64,000 nt of DNA from Nitrospirota bacterium (GCA_040754455.1 JBFMCP010000001.1:215720-279719); one strand, 5' to 3'; shown: positions 1 through 10,487, numbered from the stretch's first letter. The notes: a model not told the origin generated them from the letters alone. Translations and numbers: made by a program.

Positions 1-1
1 G

Positions 2-478
2 GCGGTAAAAGAAGCGGGGCTGCTCACCCGTTTCGCCGAAACAGTGTACCTCATCGCCCCCTCACAGAAGTTGAAAGTGGCGGAAGACAATCCCACGCTC
101 GCCATTCAAAACCTGAAAGTGATCCTCGGCCACACCACCACCGCTATCGAAGGTGCCGAGGTCGTAGAGAAGGTGCGCCTCAAAGATGCACAGGGGAGGG
201 AGACGACGCTCGCTCTCGACGGCGTCTTCGTCTATCTGCACGGAAGCAAACCCATCATCGATTTTCTGCAAGGGGCGGTCGAGGTCAGCGAGGATGGGTG
301 CATTGCGACCAATAAAATGACCGAGACCTCTCTTCCCGGCGTCTTCAGCGCGGGTGATGTGACCTGCACCGAGGTCAGACAGGTCATCATTGCCGCAGCG
401 CAGGGATGCATCGCAGCCCTCTCTGCGGAAAAGCATGTCTTCCACCGGAAGAGAAGAAAATTCGACTGGCACGGATAG
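2..478 (+). CDS. trxB: Thioredoxin-disulfide reductase-like flavoprotein, C-terminal part (begins before the window)
   Basis: Frame open from position 2; C-terminal FAD motif TSLPGVFSAGDV...RQVIIAAAQGCIAA typical of TrxB. Confidence 0.8.
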   Translation, partial: AVKEAGLLTRFAETVYLIAPSQKLKVAEDNPTLAIQNLKVILGHTTTAIEGAEVVEKVRLKDAQGRETTLALDGVFVYLHGSKPIIDFLQGAVEVSEDGCIATNKMTETSLPGVFSAGDVTCTEVRQVIIAAAQGCIAALSAEKHVFHRKRRKFDWHG

Positions 479-490
479 CATAACCGGTGA

Positions 491-898
491 ATGGGTGAAA
501 AGGGAATGGAATATACCGAACTGAAAAAAATGGTGCTCGACTATATGGAGAAGGGATTCCTCGAAAATATCATCGATATGTTCAAGCACGATGCGTCCCT
601 CTATCCGCTGATCATCGATATGATACGGGACGAACGGATTAGGGTCCGGCTGGGGGTAACAGCGCTCGTCGAAGAACTGGCAAAGGTAAAGCCCGAACCG
701 CTCATCAGGCTCATCCCCGATATTGCCTCTCTCTTACAGGACGTGAACCCCACGGTCCGCGGCGACGGTGCAAACCTTCTGGATATCATCAAGCATAAAG
801 ATGCGCTCCCTTATCTGCTGAATGCCGAGAGCGACGAGGACGATGATGTCAGAATGATCGTGCGCGAAGCAATCAAAGAGATCAGCGGGCTCAATTAG
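491..898 (+). CDS. HEAT-repeat domain protein (start may be 506)
   Basis: Helical repeats LLQDVNPTVRGDGANLL and DEDDDVRMIVREAI. Confidence 0.7.
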   Translation: MGEKGMEYTELKKMVLDYMEKGFLENIIDMFKHDASLYPLIIDMIRDERIRVRLGVTALVEELAKVKPEPLIRLIPDIASLLQDVNPTVRGDGANLLDIIKHKDALPYLLNAESDEDDDVRMIVREAIKEISGLN

Positions 899-935
899 AT
901 AGCTACGACAGCGACTACGGGACTTACGCGACGCG

Positions 936-1089
936 GGCAGGAACGGGCACTCCAAGAAGCTTTCTCATGCGCCTTTATTCTATATCGATATGCCTCACCT
1001 CTCAATTAAAGAGCAGTTATCAAGAATGTGAGGTCTTGGTGGAAGTAGAAGGAAGCGCTAAAAAGCTTCTTTCCGCACCCATTCCTGCC
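936..1089 (-). repeat. 154-bp structured dispersed repeat, copy 1 (MITE-like or ncRNA)
   Basis: Imperfect ~28-bp terminal inverted repeats (GGCAGGAAcGGGcaC...GCACCCATTCCTGCC); reverse complement aligns end to end with 29587-29741. Confidence 0.8.
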
Positions 1090-1098
1090 TTTCTTCCC

Positions 1099-1782
1099 CT
1101 AGTCGAGTTTCAGCGCCTTCAGGAAATTCTCTGTATCAGACAGCGTCTCGAACACCACATCCGCCCCTGCCTGCAGAAGAGCATCGATGGAATAAGGGCC
1201 GGTGGCTACCGCAATACAGAATGCGCCGTAGGGCTTTGCGCAATAGACATCCCGCGGCGTATCGCCCACGATGACGCAGTCTTTGAAATCTATGGGGTGA
1301 CCGGCCCTCTGCTCAAACCGTTCCCGAGCGACAGGGAGCAGCTTGTTCCTATCCTCATCATCATCGCCGAACGCACCGAAAGAAAAATAATCGTTTAAGC
1401 TGAAGGCCCCTAGCTTTATCCGCGCACCACGCTCGATGTTGCCGGTCAAAAGCCCCAGCTGGCAGGCTTCGTTCATTCCGTTCAGATGTTCAATGGCCTC
1501 CCGGATGCCGGGCTTGAGATGCCTGTTGCTATTAGAAATTTCAGCCCCGAGGTATCTTACATATGCGTTCACAAATTGAGGGACTAGTCCGTTATCGGTC
1601 GGAAATCCGTGTTTCCCAAGGCATTCTTTAATAATCTGCAGGTCCGTCTTGCCTGCCATGCTGATGCCTCTGAACGCATCATCAATCGAGAAGACTTCTC
1701 TGAAGGCCAGGTCCATAGAACGTGTCCCAGCCCCGCCGGAGTCCATAATCGTACCGTCGATATCAAACAGTATCAGTTTCAT
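1099..1782 (-). CDS. HAD-superfamily phosphatase (phosphoglycolate phosphatase-like)
   Basis: Motif I FDIDGT, motif II LTGN, motif IV VGDTPRD. Confidence 0.85.
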   Translation of the reverse strand: MKLILFDIDGTIMDSGGAGTRSMDLAFREVFSIDDAFRGISMAGKTDLQIIKECLGKHGFPTDNGLVPQFVNAYVRYLGAEISNSNRHLKPGIREAIEHLNGMNEACQLGLLTGNIERGARIKLGAFSLNDYFSFGAFGDDDEDRNKLLPVARERFEQRAGHPIDFKDCVIVGDTPRDVYCAKPYGAFCIAVATGPYSIDALLQAGADVVFETLSDTENFLKALKLD

Positions 1783-1886
1783 TTATCTAAAATACCGGTT
1801 GTCTAAAGAGCAAGTCAAATAACGCTGCTCCACGTACCGTCCCGATTTGCTATAATATCGGACCTCCCTAAAACGAAAGGAATGCG

Positions 1887-2474
1887 ATGAAGGAGCGACT
1901 GACTCGACTCATTTACGACAAGGCATTTAAATACAGCAAAGAGCCGGTATTCAAGTTGGTTTCGGGACGCATGAGCAATTACTATTTCAACTGCAAGGCC
2001 GTCACGCTTCACCCCGAGGGCATGTACCTCATCGGGAATATCATCTTCGAGATGATCAAGGATCTGCCGGTGAACGGTATCGGCGGTCTTACCCTCGGCG
2101 CTGATCCCATAGCTGACGCCGTCGCTTATACGTCGTATCTCAAGAAAAAACCTATTGAAGCATTCGTCGTCAGAAAAACCGCCAAGAGCCATGGTACCAT
2201 GCAGTGGATTGAAGGAAATGTGAAATCGGGCGATAAGGTAATCATTGTCGATGACGTAATCACCACGGGGAAATCGACCATTGAAGCGATTACAAAGGCG
2301 AAGGAGGCAGGCCTGGAAATCATCAAAGTCATTGCCCTTGTCGATAGACAGGAGGGCGGCTATGAGGCGGTGCAGGAAAGCATTAAAGAAATAAATGTTC
2401 CTTACAACCTCGTCGAGGCCGTCGTTACGAGAGAAGATGTCATGGCATTATACCGGAACGACAATCCCGCCTGA
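1887..2474 (+). CDS. pyrE: Orotate phosphoribosyltransferase
   Basis: FKLVSGRMSNYY, RKTAKSHG loop, PRPP motif IIVDDVITTGKS. Confidence 0.93.
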   Translation: MKERLTRLIYDKAFKYSKEPVFKLVSGRMSNYYFNCKAVTLHPEGMYLIGNIIFEMIKDLPVNGIGGLTLGADPIADAVAYTSYLKKKPIEAFVVRKTAKSHGTMQWIEGNVKSGDKVIIVDDVITTGKSTIEAITKAKEAGLEIIKVIALVDRQEGGYEAVQESIKEINVPYNLVEAVVTREDVMALYRNDNPA

Positions 2475-2683
2475 TTTTACAAAATTGACCGGATAGTCGA
2501 TAATTCATCGCTGTTATTAAACGGTGTGTGCCAAATCGGGGGGGGGCGGGTGACTGTTGTTTCGTTTTTCTTCTTTAGGTCTTCGAAGTCGTATCATGTC
2601 ATGCTGCTTGTTGCCGTCGCCGTGCTGCCCGCCCTTGTGCTCCTCGATGTCATAATGCCGATTCCCAAACTCCAAAGTTCAAA

Positions 2684-3379
2684 TCACCGCTCGATAACTC
2701 TCTCTAAAAAAAACCTCTGTACATTCTCGGAGGCCTTTAGGATATCGTTCTTATTGAGCGGTGTCGCCGTTCTGTCCTCAATGATATTGCTGATCCCCCT
2801 CACTTCTGCTACGGGAATTCCGTTCAAAGCGCATATGTGGGCGACGGCAGCGCCTTCCATGCTCTCGCAGACCGCATGGAAGCGCTGTTCAAGTGCATAT
2901 CCCCGTTCCAGCGTGCCGCTGCAGGAAGAGACCGTCACAAAATTTCCGCGAGGGGTGAAATTCCCGAGGGCGTCAGGAACCACGAGGGGGAATTCGTTGT
3001 AAAAGGCATGCTCAGGGGCAGAGAGGAGCGGTAGCCGGAGGGTTTCCATTGTGCAAAAACTACCCCTGAGTGCCAATCCTTCATCACCATAGATATCCCT
3101 TTCAGCCACTGCAATATCTCCGACACCCAATCCAGATGAGGGATAAGCACCTGCGACGCCGATGGAATATACGAATCCGGGCTTGCATTTCTCGACCAGG
3201 AGTGTCGTTCCGTGGGCGGCATTGGCCTTCCCGATGCCGCAGATGCAGATCACCGTCTCCTTACCTTTCAGTGCACCTCGATAGAATATCTTATGTTGAA
3301 ACAACAGTCGTTCTTTTCCGGCTAGCCGGCCGAGCAGGAGGTCCGCTTCAATCTCTGTCGAGACGACAATGCCTATCAT
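2684..3379 (-). CDS. mqnB: Futalosine hydrolase (PNP/UDP phosphorylase superfamily)
   Basis: GIGKANAA, GVAGAYPSSGL, TVSSCSGT, ESMEGAAVAH, EVRGISN. Confidence 0.8.
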   Translation of the reverse strand: MIGIVVSTEIEADLLLGRLAGKERLLFQHKIFYRGALKGKETVICICGIGKANAAHGTTLLVEKCKPGFVYSIGVAGAYPSSGLGVGDIAVAERDIYGDEGLALRGSFCTMETLRLPLLSAPEHAFYNEFPLVVPDALGNFTPRGNFVTVSSCSGTLERGYALEQRFHAVCESMEGAAVAHICALNGIPVAEVRGISNIIEDRTATPLNKNDILKASENVQRFFLERVIER

Positions 3380-3456
3380 GAAAGATTCAAAAGGCAAAGA
3401 GAAAAGGTAAACAACGGAGCTCCGGAATTTTTAATTTTTCTTTTTAAATTTTTCAT
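3380..3456. repeat. Degenerate heptamer tandem / inverted-arm element (AAAGATC-like family)
   Basis: A-rich 7-mer arm, short spacer, T-rich complementary 7-mer arm; resembles 33912-33990. Confidence 0.45.
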
Positions 3457-3457
3457 G

Positions 3458-3958
3458 TTAATCGCTGACGCCGTCCTTCGGCGGCTCTTTTTCTTCGAGG
3501 ATATACCGCACCTTTACATCCATATCCTTTCTCAAAGAGTTGTACACGGAGCAGTACTTTTCGTGCGAGAGGGAGACAGCGCGGTCGACCTTCTTGGGAT
3601 CGAGGTTCTTACCGCTGATATGCAGAATCATCTCGATAGCCTTAAAATACTGCGGAGGGGTAGGGTTCCGCTCTCCGATGATCTCCAGCTTGAAGTTCGC
3701 AAGCTCCACCCGCATCTTCTGGAGGAACATGACGACATCAATGCCCATGCATCCTGCGAGGCTCAGCAAAAGTGCATCCGTAGGCTTGCAGCCCCACTGA
3801 ACATGGGCGTCGAATTCAATCTCGTATCCTTCATTGGTCCGGCCCACAAAAATCAGGTCTCTGTCCCACGAAAGCGTCCCCTTGACCACCGGATTGATCT
3901 TTCCCTTGTAGTCCTTCAGCGACTCCTCTAACGAAGCATCCTTTTCCTTTCCGCTCAT
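3458..3958 (-). CDS. OsmC/YhfA family protein
   Basis: PTDALLLSLAGCMGIDV and SHEKYCSV with the two conserved Cys. Confidence 0.85.
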   Translation of the reverse strand: MSGKEKDASLEESLKDYKGKINPVVKGTLSWDRDLIFVGRTNEGYEIEFDAHVQWGCKPTDALLLSLAGCMGIDVVMFLQKMRVELANFKLEIIGERNPTPPQYFKAIEMILHISGKNLDPKKVDRAVSLSHEKYCSVYNSLRKDMDVKVRYILEEKEPPKDGVSD

Positions 3959-4144
3959 CCTCTCGACCTCCTCCTTCTATACTTTTCTATAATATCTAAG
4001 AATTGTATTGAATTATCCGCCCCGCAGTCAATTGAACGGGGGTCGGTGCATTTACAAGCCCCGAAGAATATTGTTTCCTCTTCTCACATTTGTGAATTAT
4101 AATAAGTACAATAGGTTTCACAGACTTGTCCAAGGGGGAGCACC

Positions 4145-4462
4145 ATGAGAAGGTTTATTGTAGGGGCAGGGACGATTGTCATGGCAATCATACTCGGCAG
4201 CAGTGCCCTGGCAGTTCCCACGGGCCGTATCCTGGAGTGGAAGACGGGGAGCAGTACCGTTGTCTTTGACGGCGGGGTCCATTCATCGCAGGGACTGAAA
4301 TGCACTGATTGTCACCCCAACCCGTTCATGATGAAGAAGGACTACGCAAAGATGAAGATGGTCGAGCTCATTGAGGGTAAATACTGCGGCGTGTGCCACA
4401 ACGGCAAAAAGGCATTTCCCTCGAATACGGCAAAAGATTGCGGGAAATGCCACAAGATGTAA
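4145..4462 (+). CDS. Periplasmic triheme cytochrome c (c7/c3-like)
   Basis: Signal peptide plus three CxxCH motifs (CTDCH, CGVCH, CGKCH). Confidence 0.88.
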   Translation: MRRFIVGAGTIVMAIILGSSALAVPTGRILEWKTGSSTVVFDGGVHSSQGLKCTDCHPNPFMMKKDYAKMKMVELIEGKYCGVCHNGKKAFPSNTAKDCGKCHKM

Positions 4463-4567
4463 GCCGGCCCTGAAACATAACTATCCATCACTCAATTCCC
4501 CTATTTCAGTGCTCCATTACTCAGGCCCCCCTCCTCTTTCCCGAATATGTGGTAAAATCGGAACAGT

Positions 4568-6196
4568 ATGAATGGTGCGGAACTCCTGGTACGATGCCTT
4601 GAACATGAGGGTCTTCGCTTTATCTTTGGCCTCCCGGGCGAAGAAAACCTTGAGCTGCTCAACGCCCTCACGGCATCGAAAATACAGACGGTCATCAGCC
4701 GTGACGAACGGGGTGCAGCTTTCATGGCGAACGCCTACGGCAGGCTTACGGGCTCACCGGGCGTCTGCTTCTCCACCCTCGGCCCCGGCGCAACGAACCT
4801 CGTCACCGGCATCGCCGATGCACTCCTCGATTTTGCTCCCATGCTCGCCATCACCGCCCAGGCATCGCTCCTCAGGGCGCATAAGGAATCGCACCAATAC
4901 ATCGATGTCCTCTCGATGCTCAAACCCATTACCAAGTGGAACTCACGAATCGGCGCCTCCCAGGTCATCCCCGAGGTGGTTCGGAAGGCCTTCAAAATCG
5001 CCATGCTCGAAAAGAAAGGGCCTACACACCTGGAATTGCCTGAAGACATCGCCGATGCACCGGCTGAAGGTACGCCTCTCCCGCTCTCGGTGATCGAATA
5101 CCCGGCACCCGATGCGAAACGGGTGAAGCGTGCTGTTCAGATGATGAGAGATGCGCGGATGCCGGTGATCCTGGCTGGCGACGGCGTTATCCGCAACAGC
5201 GCATCGGAAGAGCTACTCCGCTTCGCACGACAGACAGGCATTCCCGTTATCTGCACCTTCATGGGAATGGGCGTCGTTCCTGCGGACGACGAGCTCTTTA
5301 TCTCGACCATCGGGCTCCAGTCCATGGATTACGTCCAGTGCGGCCTCGACAGGGCAGACCTGATCATTGCTGTCGGCTATGATCCTGTGGAGTTCAGTCC
5401 CAAGTACTGGGATGCGAGCAAACGGATCATCCATATCGATACCAATCCGGCAGAAGTCGATGCCTCATATAATGCCTTCGAACTTGTCGGCGATATTAAA
5501 ACAACCCTGTGCACCATCACCGCATCAGCCGACTTCCAGAAAGATCCCGATTATTTCATCCGCCTGAAGCGGGAGATCGAGGAGGACAGGAACGATCCGC
5601 TCCTCTATAACGGCGGGCAGGGAATCAGCCCGCTCCGCATCGTCCTCGATATACGGAAAGCGCTGCAGCGGGAGGACATCCTCATCAGCGATGTCGGCGC
5701 CCATAAAATCTGGATCGGCAGGTTCTATCCTGCCTACACTCCCACCAGCGTGGTAATCTCCAATGGGTTCGCTTCCATGGGGTTCGCTATTCCCGCCGCA
5801 ATCGCCGGGAAACTCGCCTATCCCGGGAGGGCCGTGGTCGCCGCAGTAGGCGACGGCGGCTTCCTCATGTCCATGGCAGAGCTCGAGACAGCGGTGCGGC
5901 TGAATATCCCCTTCGTCACCGTGATCTTCAACGACAGCTGCTATGGCCTTATCCAATGGAAACAGATGGTAAAATATAAAAGAGATTTCTGCGTGAATGT
6001 GAAAAATCCCGATTTCGTCAAGCTTGGCGAATCGTTCGGATGCAGGGCGTACCGGGTCGAGAGAGCGGATGACCTCCTCCCCACGCTCAAAGCCGCCCTT
6101 GAGCAAAACGTTCCCGCGCTCATCGATTGTCGTGTCGATTATAGCGTGAACATGAAACTGACCGATAAGTTAGGACATATCGTATGCAAAGCATAA
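4568..6196 (+). CDS. ilvB: Acetolactate synthase large subunit (TPP enzyme)
   Basis: FGLPGEEN, STLGPGATN, TPP motif GDGGFLMS...FND. Confidence 0.85.
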   Translation: MNGAELLVRCLEHEGLRFIFGLPGEENLELLNALTASKIQTVISRDERGAAFMANAYGRLTGSPGVCFSTLGPGATNLVTGIADALLDFAPMLAITAQASLLRAHKESHQYIDVLSMLKPITKWNSRIGASQVIPEVVRKAFKIAMLEKKGPTHLELPEDIADAPAEGTPLPLSVIEYPAPDAKRVKRAVQMMRDARMPVILAGDGVIRNSASEELLRFARQTGIPVICTFMGMGVVPADDELFISTIGLQSMDYVQCGLDRADLIIAVGYDPVEFSPKYWDASKRIIHIDTNPAEVDASYNAFELVGDIKTTLCTITASADFQKDPDYFIRLKREIEEDRNDPLLYNGGQGISPLRIVLDIRKALQREDILISDVGAHKIWIGRFYPAYTPTSVVISNGFASMGFAIPAAIAGKLAYPGRAVVAAVGDGGFLMSMAELETAVRLNIPFVTVIFNDSCYGLIQWKQMVKYKRDFCVNVKNPDFVKLGESFGCRAYRVERADDLLPTLKAALEQNVPALIDCRVDYSVNMKLTDKLGHIVCKA

Positions 6197-7776
6197 CCAC
6201 CGACTTTCTCGTCATCGGTAGCGGCGTAGCAGGGCTCAGGGCCGCCATCGAGCTCGCACGCCACGGCAGCGTGGTCGTCGTCACCAAAGATATTCCGACG
6301 GAGAGCAGCACTGAATACGCCCAGGGCGGCGTCGCCGTTGCCCTCAGTGACGAGGACGAGGTGGGCATCCACTTTGAGGACACTATAAAGGCGGGGGACG
6401 GCCTCTGCAAGGAGAGCGCAGTGAGAGTCCTTGTCGAAGAGGGGCCCAAAAGAATCTATGAGCTTATCGAGTGGGGCGCCGAGTTCGACCGTGAGGGGAC
6501 AAAGCTCTCCTTCACCATGGAGGCGGCCCATTCGAGGAGGAGAATTCTGCACGCCCACGGCGATTCGACCGGCAAAGAGCTGGTGCGGGTATTGATCACC
6601 AAGATTAAGACACTCCCGAACATGCAGCGGCTGCCCTTCTCAGCCACCTTTGACCTCATCATCAATGAGGGAATCTGCAGAGGGGCATACGTACTGGCAG
6701 GAAGCGAAAAGATCGCTGTTTTTTCGAAGGCGACGGTACTCGCCACCGGAGGAGCGGGACAGGTCTTTTCGAGAACAACGAACCCCGCGGTGGCAACAGG
6801 AGACGGCATCGCCCTCGCCTACCGGGCAGGCGCGGTGCTCGAGGATATGGAGTTCGTCCAGTTCCACCCCACGGCGCTCTTTGCACCTGCGGCACCCCAG
6901 TTCCTGCTCAGCGAGGCAATGCGCGGCGAGGGGGCGCTCTTGAGAAACATCCATAAAGAGACCTTCATGAAGCTCTATCACCCCGACGCCGAGCTCGCAC
7001 CACGCGATGTGGTATCGAGAGCGATCGTATCGGAGATGGCGCGAACCGCGAGCAGTCATGTGTATCTCGATCTTACCCACCGCGGCGCGGAGTTCATCAA
7101 GAACCGGTTTCCGAGGATCTATGCTACCTGCCTCAAATACGACGTGGATATTACGAAAGATCTCATACCGGTTTCGCCGGCGGCACACTACATGATCGGC
7201 GGTGTAAGAACGGATCTCGACGGCGCAACCTCCATTAGCGGCCTGTTCGCAGCAGGCGAAGTCGCCTGCACCGGCGTGCATGGCGCCAATAGACTTGCGA
7301 GCAACAGCCTTCTCGAAGGCCTCGTTTACGGCTTCAGGGCAGGAGCAGCTGCTGCACAATACGCCAATGAGGAAGCGCCTTCTTCCTCCGCCGCGCTCCC
7401 GGGTTTCCGGGCCTCCGAACTAAAGGGGCTGGAAGAGATACGGGCCACTTTGAGAAGGACCATGTGGGAAAAGGTCGGCATTATCCGGCACGGGACATCC
7501 CTTGCCGAAGCTTATGAGAAGCTCCTTGAGTGGCGCTTTATCTTGGAGATGGATTTTTCGACGCGCATCGAATACGAGTTGAAGAATATGCTCACCGTCG
7601 CCCTGCTGATTACCGAGGCGGCGCTGCGGCGCAAAGGAAGCGTCGGCGCCCACTACCGGTCAGATTTTCCTGAGCTTGGCGAGGAGTGGCAACACCATAT
7701 TTCCCTTGTGAGGCCGGCCTCTTTCGAATCATCGGCAGAAGGTGTGCTGCACAAAAGAGGGCCCGGCGCGGCCTGA
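6184..7776 (+). CDS. nadB: L-aspartate oxidase
   Basis: GSGVAG, AQGG, EAAHSRRRILHA, QFHPT, GVHGANRLASNSLLE. Confidence 0.95.
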   Translation: MQSITTDFLVIGSGVAGLRAAIELARHGSVVVVTKDIPTESSTEYAQGGVAVALSDEDEVGIHFEDTIKAGDGLCKESAVRVLVEEGPKRIYELIEWGAEFDREGTKLSFTMEAAHSRRRILHAHGDSTGKELVRVLITKIKTLPNMQRLPFSATFDLIINEGICRGAYVLAGSEKIAVFSKATVLATGGAGQVFSRTTNPAVATGDGIALAYRAGAVLEDMEFVQFHPTALFAPAAPQFLLSEAMRGEGALLRNIHKETFMKLYHPDAELAPRDVVSRAIVSEMARTASSHVYLDLTHRGAEFIKNRFPRIYATCLKYDVDITKDLIPVSPAAHYMIGGVRTDLDGATSISGLFAAGEVACTGVHGANRLASNSLLEGLVYGFRAGAAAAQYANEEAPSSSAALPGFRASELKGLEEIRATLRRTMWEKVGIIRHGTSLAEAYEKLLEWRFILEMDFSTRIEYELKNMLTVALLITEAALRRKGSVGAHYRSDFPELGEEWQHHISLVRPASFESSAEGVLHKRGPGAA

Positions 7777-7818
7777 TCCTCTTACAAACACCTTATTATT
7801 ATTATTATGAGGAGTACA

Positions 7819-9231
7819 ATGAGACGAGCCAAGATAGTCTGCACCATAGGCCCTGCCTCGAGCAATAAAAAAATAATGAGCGCTCTCATCAAGAGCGGCA
7901 TGGATGTCGCGCGTCTGAATTTCTCTCACGCTGACCACAAAACGCATGAGGCATCCGCAGCTCTGGTCAGGGCCGAGGCTGCGCGGCAGAACAAGACCGT
8001 TGCCATTCTGCAGGACCTGCAGGGGATAAAGATACGGATCGGCAATGTCGAGGGCGATGCCCTGCCGCTGAGAGCAGGAGAAGAGCTCTCCCTTTATCCT
8101 GGAAAAGATACGAGCACCGCCCAAAAACTCTTCATCTCCTATCCGGCACTCCTGCAGGACGTCAAAACGAACGAGATGATTCTTATTGATGACGGGCTTA
8201 TAAAACTGCAGGTCATCGACAGGACGAGGGAGTCCCTGCGGGCCAGGGTCATCGAGGGCGGCACGCTCAAATCAAAGAAGGGCGTCAACCTCCCCGCCTC
8301 AAAGATAACACTCCATGCATTCACTGAAAAAGACCGGAAGGACATCGCATTCGGCATCAAGCTGGGCGTCGATTATATCGCGATATCCTTTGTTCGGACA
8401 GCGGATGATATCGAACGCGTGTTCAGCTGGGCGAAAAGGAGGAATCTCACCCTCCCCCCTCTTATTGCCAAGATCGAAAAACCCGAGGCGCTCGACAATA
8501 TCAATGATATCATCGAGGTGGTCGACGGCATCATGGTGGCGCGGGGAGACCTCGGCGTCGAGCTGCCGGCAGAGAAGGTGCCGGTCATTCAGAAAATGCT
8601 GATCGAGCTGGCGAACAGAAAAGGCAAGCTGGTCATCACCGCCACCCAGATGCTCGAATCCATGACACAGCATACCAAACCGACGAGAGCGGAGGCTTCT
8701 GATGTCGCCAATGCGGTGCTTGACGGCACCGATGCCCTGATGCTTTCGGCAGAGACCGCCTCAGGCAATTATCCTGTAGAGGCAGTACAGATGATGGACA
8801 CCATCATCCGTTACACTGAAGAACATCTGATCCATAAGATCGCCTCTGTCTACGATGTCGGCAACCGTTTTACCGAGGCCACCGCCGACGGAGCGGTAGA
8901 GGCGGCCCATGACATCGGTGCAACGGCGATTGTCGCCTTTACCAATCGGGGCTACACCGCCCGCCTCCTCGCAAAATTCCGGCCCAAAGTACCGGTTATT
9001 GCGTTTACCCCCGATGAAAAGGTTCTGAAACAGATGGCCCTCTACTGGGGAGTGACCGGAAAGCTGATTAAATACAAGGCAACAAAGATACTCGAAGACC
9101 CCTGCATGCATGAGGTCGAGAGATCCCTTATAAAAGACCGGCTTATAAAGAGAGGGGACAGCATCGTCCTTGTTGCGGGCTCGCCCTTCCTCGGAAAGCC
9201 GAACATCATCCGGCTCCACAAAATCATTTAA
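7819..9231 (+). CDS. pyk: Pyruvate kinase
   Basis: KIVCTIGPAS, ARLNFSH, MVARGDLGVE, TATQMLESM; SD GAGGAG before ATG 7819. Confidence 0.96.
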   Translation: MRRAKIVCTIGPASSNKKIMSALIKSGMDVARLNFSHADHKTHEASAALVRAEAARQNKTVAILQDLQGIKIRIGNVEGDALPLRAGEELSLYPGKDTSTAQKLFISYPALLQDVKTNEMILIDDGLIKLQVIDRTRESLRARVIEGGTLKSKKGVNLPASKITLHAFTEKDRKDIAFGIKLGVDYIAISFVRTADDIERVFSWAKRRNLTLPPLIAKIEKPEALDNINDIIEVVDGIMVARGDLGVELPAEKVPVIQKMLIELANRKGKLVITATQMLESMTQHTKPTRAEASDVANAVLDGTDALMLSAETASGNYPVEAVQMMDTIIRYTEEHLIHKIASVYDVGNRFTEATADGAVEAAHDIGATAIVAFTNRGYTARLLAKFRPKVPVIAFTPDEKVLKQMALYWGVTGKLIKYKATKILEDPCMHEVERSLIKDRLIKRGDSIVLVAGSPFLGKPNIIRLHKII

Positions 9232-9252
9232 GCCGGATAGTTCATAGATTGA

Positions 9253-9296
9253 GTGGGAGGGGGGTAAAAAGCTTCTTGCAGCACCCGTTCCCGCCC
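9253..9296 (+). repeat. Collapsed, ends-only copy of the 155-bp element
   Basis: GTGGGAGGGGGGT...AAGCTTCTTGCAGCACCCGTTCCCGCC resembles both termini of the 936 and 29587 elements; followed by CGCG as in copy 1. Confidence 0.55.
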
Positions 9297-9380
9297 GCGC
9301 TCTCTCTACATGCAAAGACACCGCCGTCATCTCCCTCTTCCATTGAAAAACTGCTGATTATTCCTGTAATATTAGAGACT

Positions 9381-10481
9381 ATGGCTAAAAAAGAAAAGAA
9401 GCCTTTGGGATTTGAACGGCAGAGGGATGAGATCGACCAGATCGACAACAAGATACTTGAGCTCCTGAACAGGAGGGCCCGTCTCGCCATCGAAATCGCC
9501 ACCATCAAGAGAAAGGCCAATCTCAAATTTCATTCGCCGGAACGTGAAAAGGCGATCATCGAGCGCCTTACCTCCTTGAACAAAGGGCCTTTCCCCAACG
9601 ATGCAATAAAAGTGATCTTCAGGGAGATCATATCGGCATCTCTTTCATTAGAAGAGCCGCTCAAAGTGGCCTACCTCGGTCCCGAGGGGACTTTCACCAA
9701 CCTCGCCGCTTTGAGATACTTCGGTCATTCCGCTGCGTTTATTCCTGTCGACAGCATAAAGGCGGTCTTTGAGGCGGTGGAAGCAAACAAGGCTGATTAC
9801 GGGCTGGTGCCGATCGAAAATTCCAATGAAGGTGTGGTGAGTTCCACCCTTGACCTCTTTATGGATTACGACCTCAAGATCTCTGCTGAAGTGATGCTTG
9901 AGATCTCACACAATCTCCTGTCGAAGAGCGGAGACAAGGCAAAGGTAAAGAGGATATACTCTCACCCGCAGGCAACATCACAATGCAAGATATGGCTCGA
10001 GAACAACATGCCTCATGTTTCCCTCTTCGAGGCGACAAGCACGGCAAAGGCAGCGGAAATCGCTGCAAAGGACGAGGAGGCTGCCGCCATTGCGAGTGAA
10101 ATGGCGGCACGGCTCTATGATCTCAAGTTCATCGAGCGTCACATTGAGGATAGAAAAAACAATTTCACCCGCTTTCTGGTGATCGGCAAGAGCTGCCTGA
10201 AAAAAACCGGCGCTGATAAGACATCCATACTGCTTTCGGTAAAAGACAAGCCCGGCGCCCTCTACGAAGTGCTCCTTCCGTTCAAGACGGCAAAAATAAA
10301 TCTCTCGAAAATTGAGTCGAGGCCCTCCAAGAGGAAGGCCTGGGAATACATCTTTTTCATCGATATGGAAGGCCACATCGAAGACAAAAAAATTAAAAAA
10401 GCGATAGATGAAGTAAAGGAACACAGCCTCTATCTGAAGCACCTGGGTTCCTATCCTATCGGAGAAAAGATTGAGAGGTAA
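9381..10481 (+). CDS. pheA: Chorismate mutase / prephenate dehydratase
   Basis: CM domain RDEIDQID...LLNRRA; PDT motifs AYLGPEGTF, PIENSNEG, NFTRFLVIG; ACT motif IESRPSK. Confidence 0.95.
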   Translation: MAKKEKKPLGFERQRDEIDQIDNKILELLNRRARLAIEIATIKRKANLKFHSPEREKAIIERLTSLNKGPFPNDAIKVIFREIISASLSLEEPLKVAYLGPEGTFTNLAALRYFGHSAAFIPVDSIKAVFEAVEANKADYGLVPIENSNEGVVSSTLDLFMDYDLKISAEVMLEISHNLLSKSGDKAKVKRIYSHPQATSQCKIWLENNMPHVSLFEATSTAKAAEIAAKDEEAAAIASEMAARLYDLKFIERHIEDRKNNFTRFLVIGKSCLKKTGADKTSILLSVKDKPGALYEVLLPFKTAKINLSKIESRPSKRKAWEYIFFIDMEGHIEDKKIKKAIDEVKEHSLYLKHLGSYPIGEKIER

Positions 10482-10487
10482 GCAGTA

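Noticed and set aside
7793..7808. (TTA)5 microsatellite before pyk as a phase-variation switch
   Set aside because: Short, intergenic and upstream of the SD; no evidence of functional length variation.
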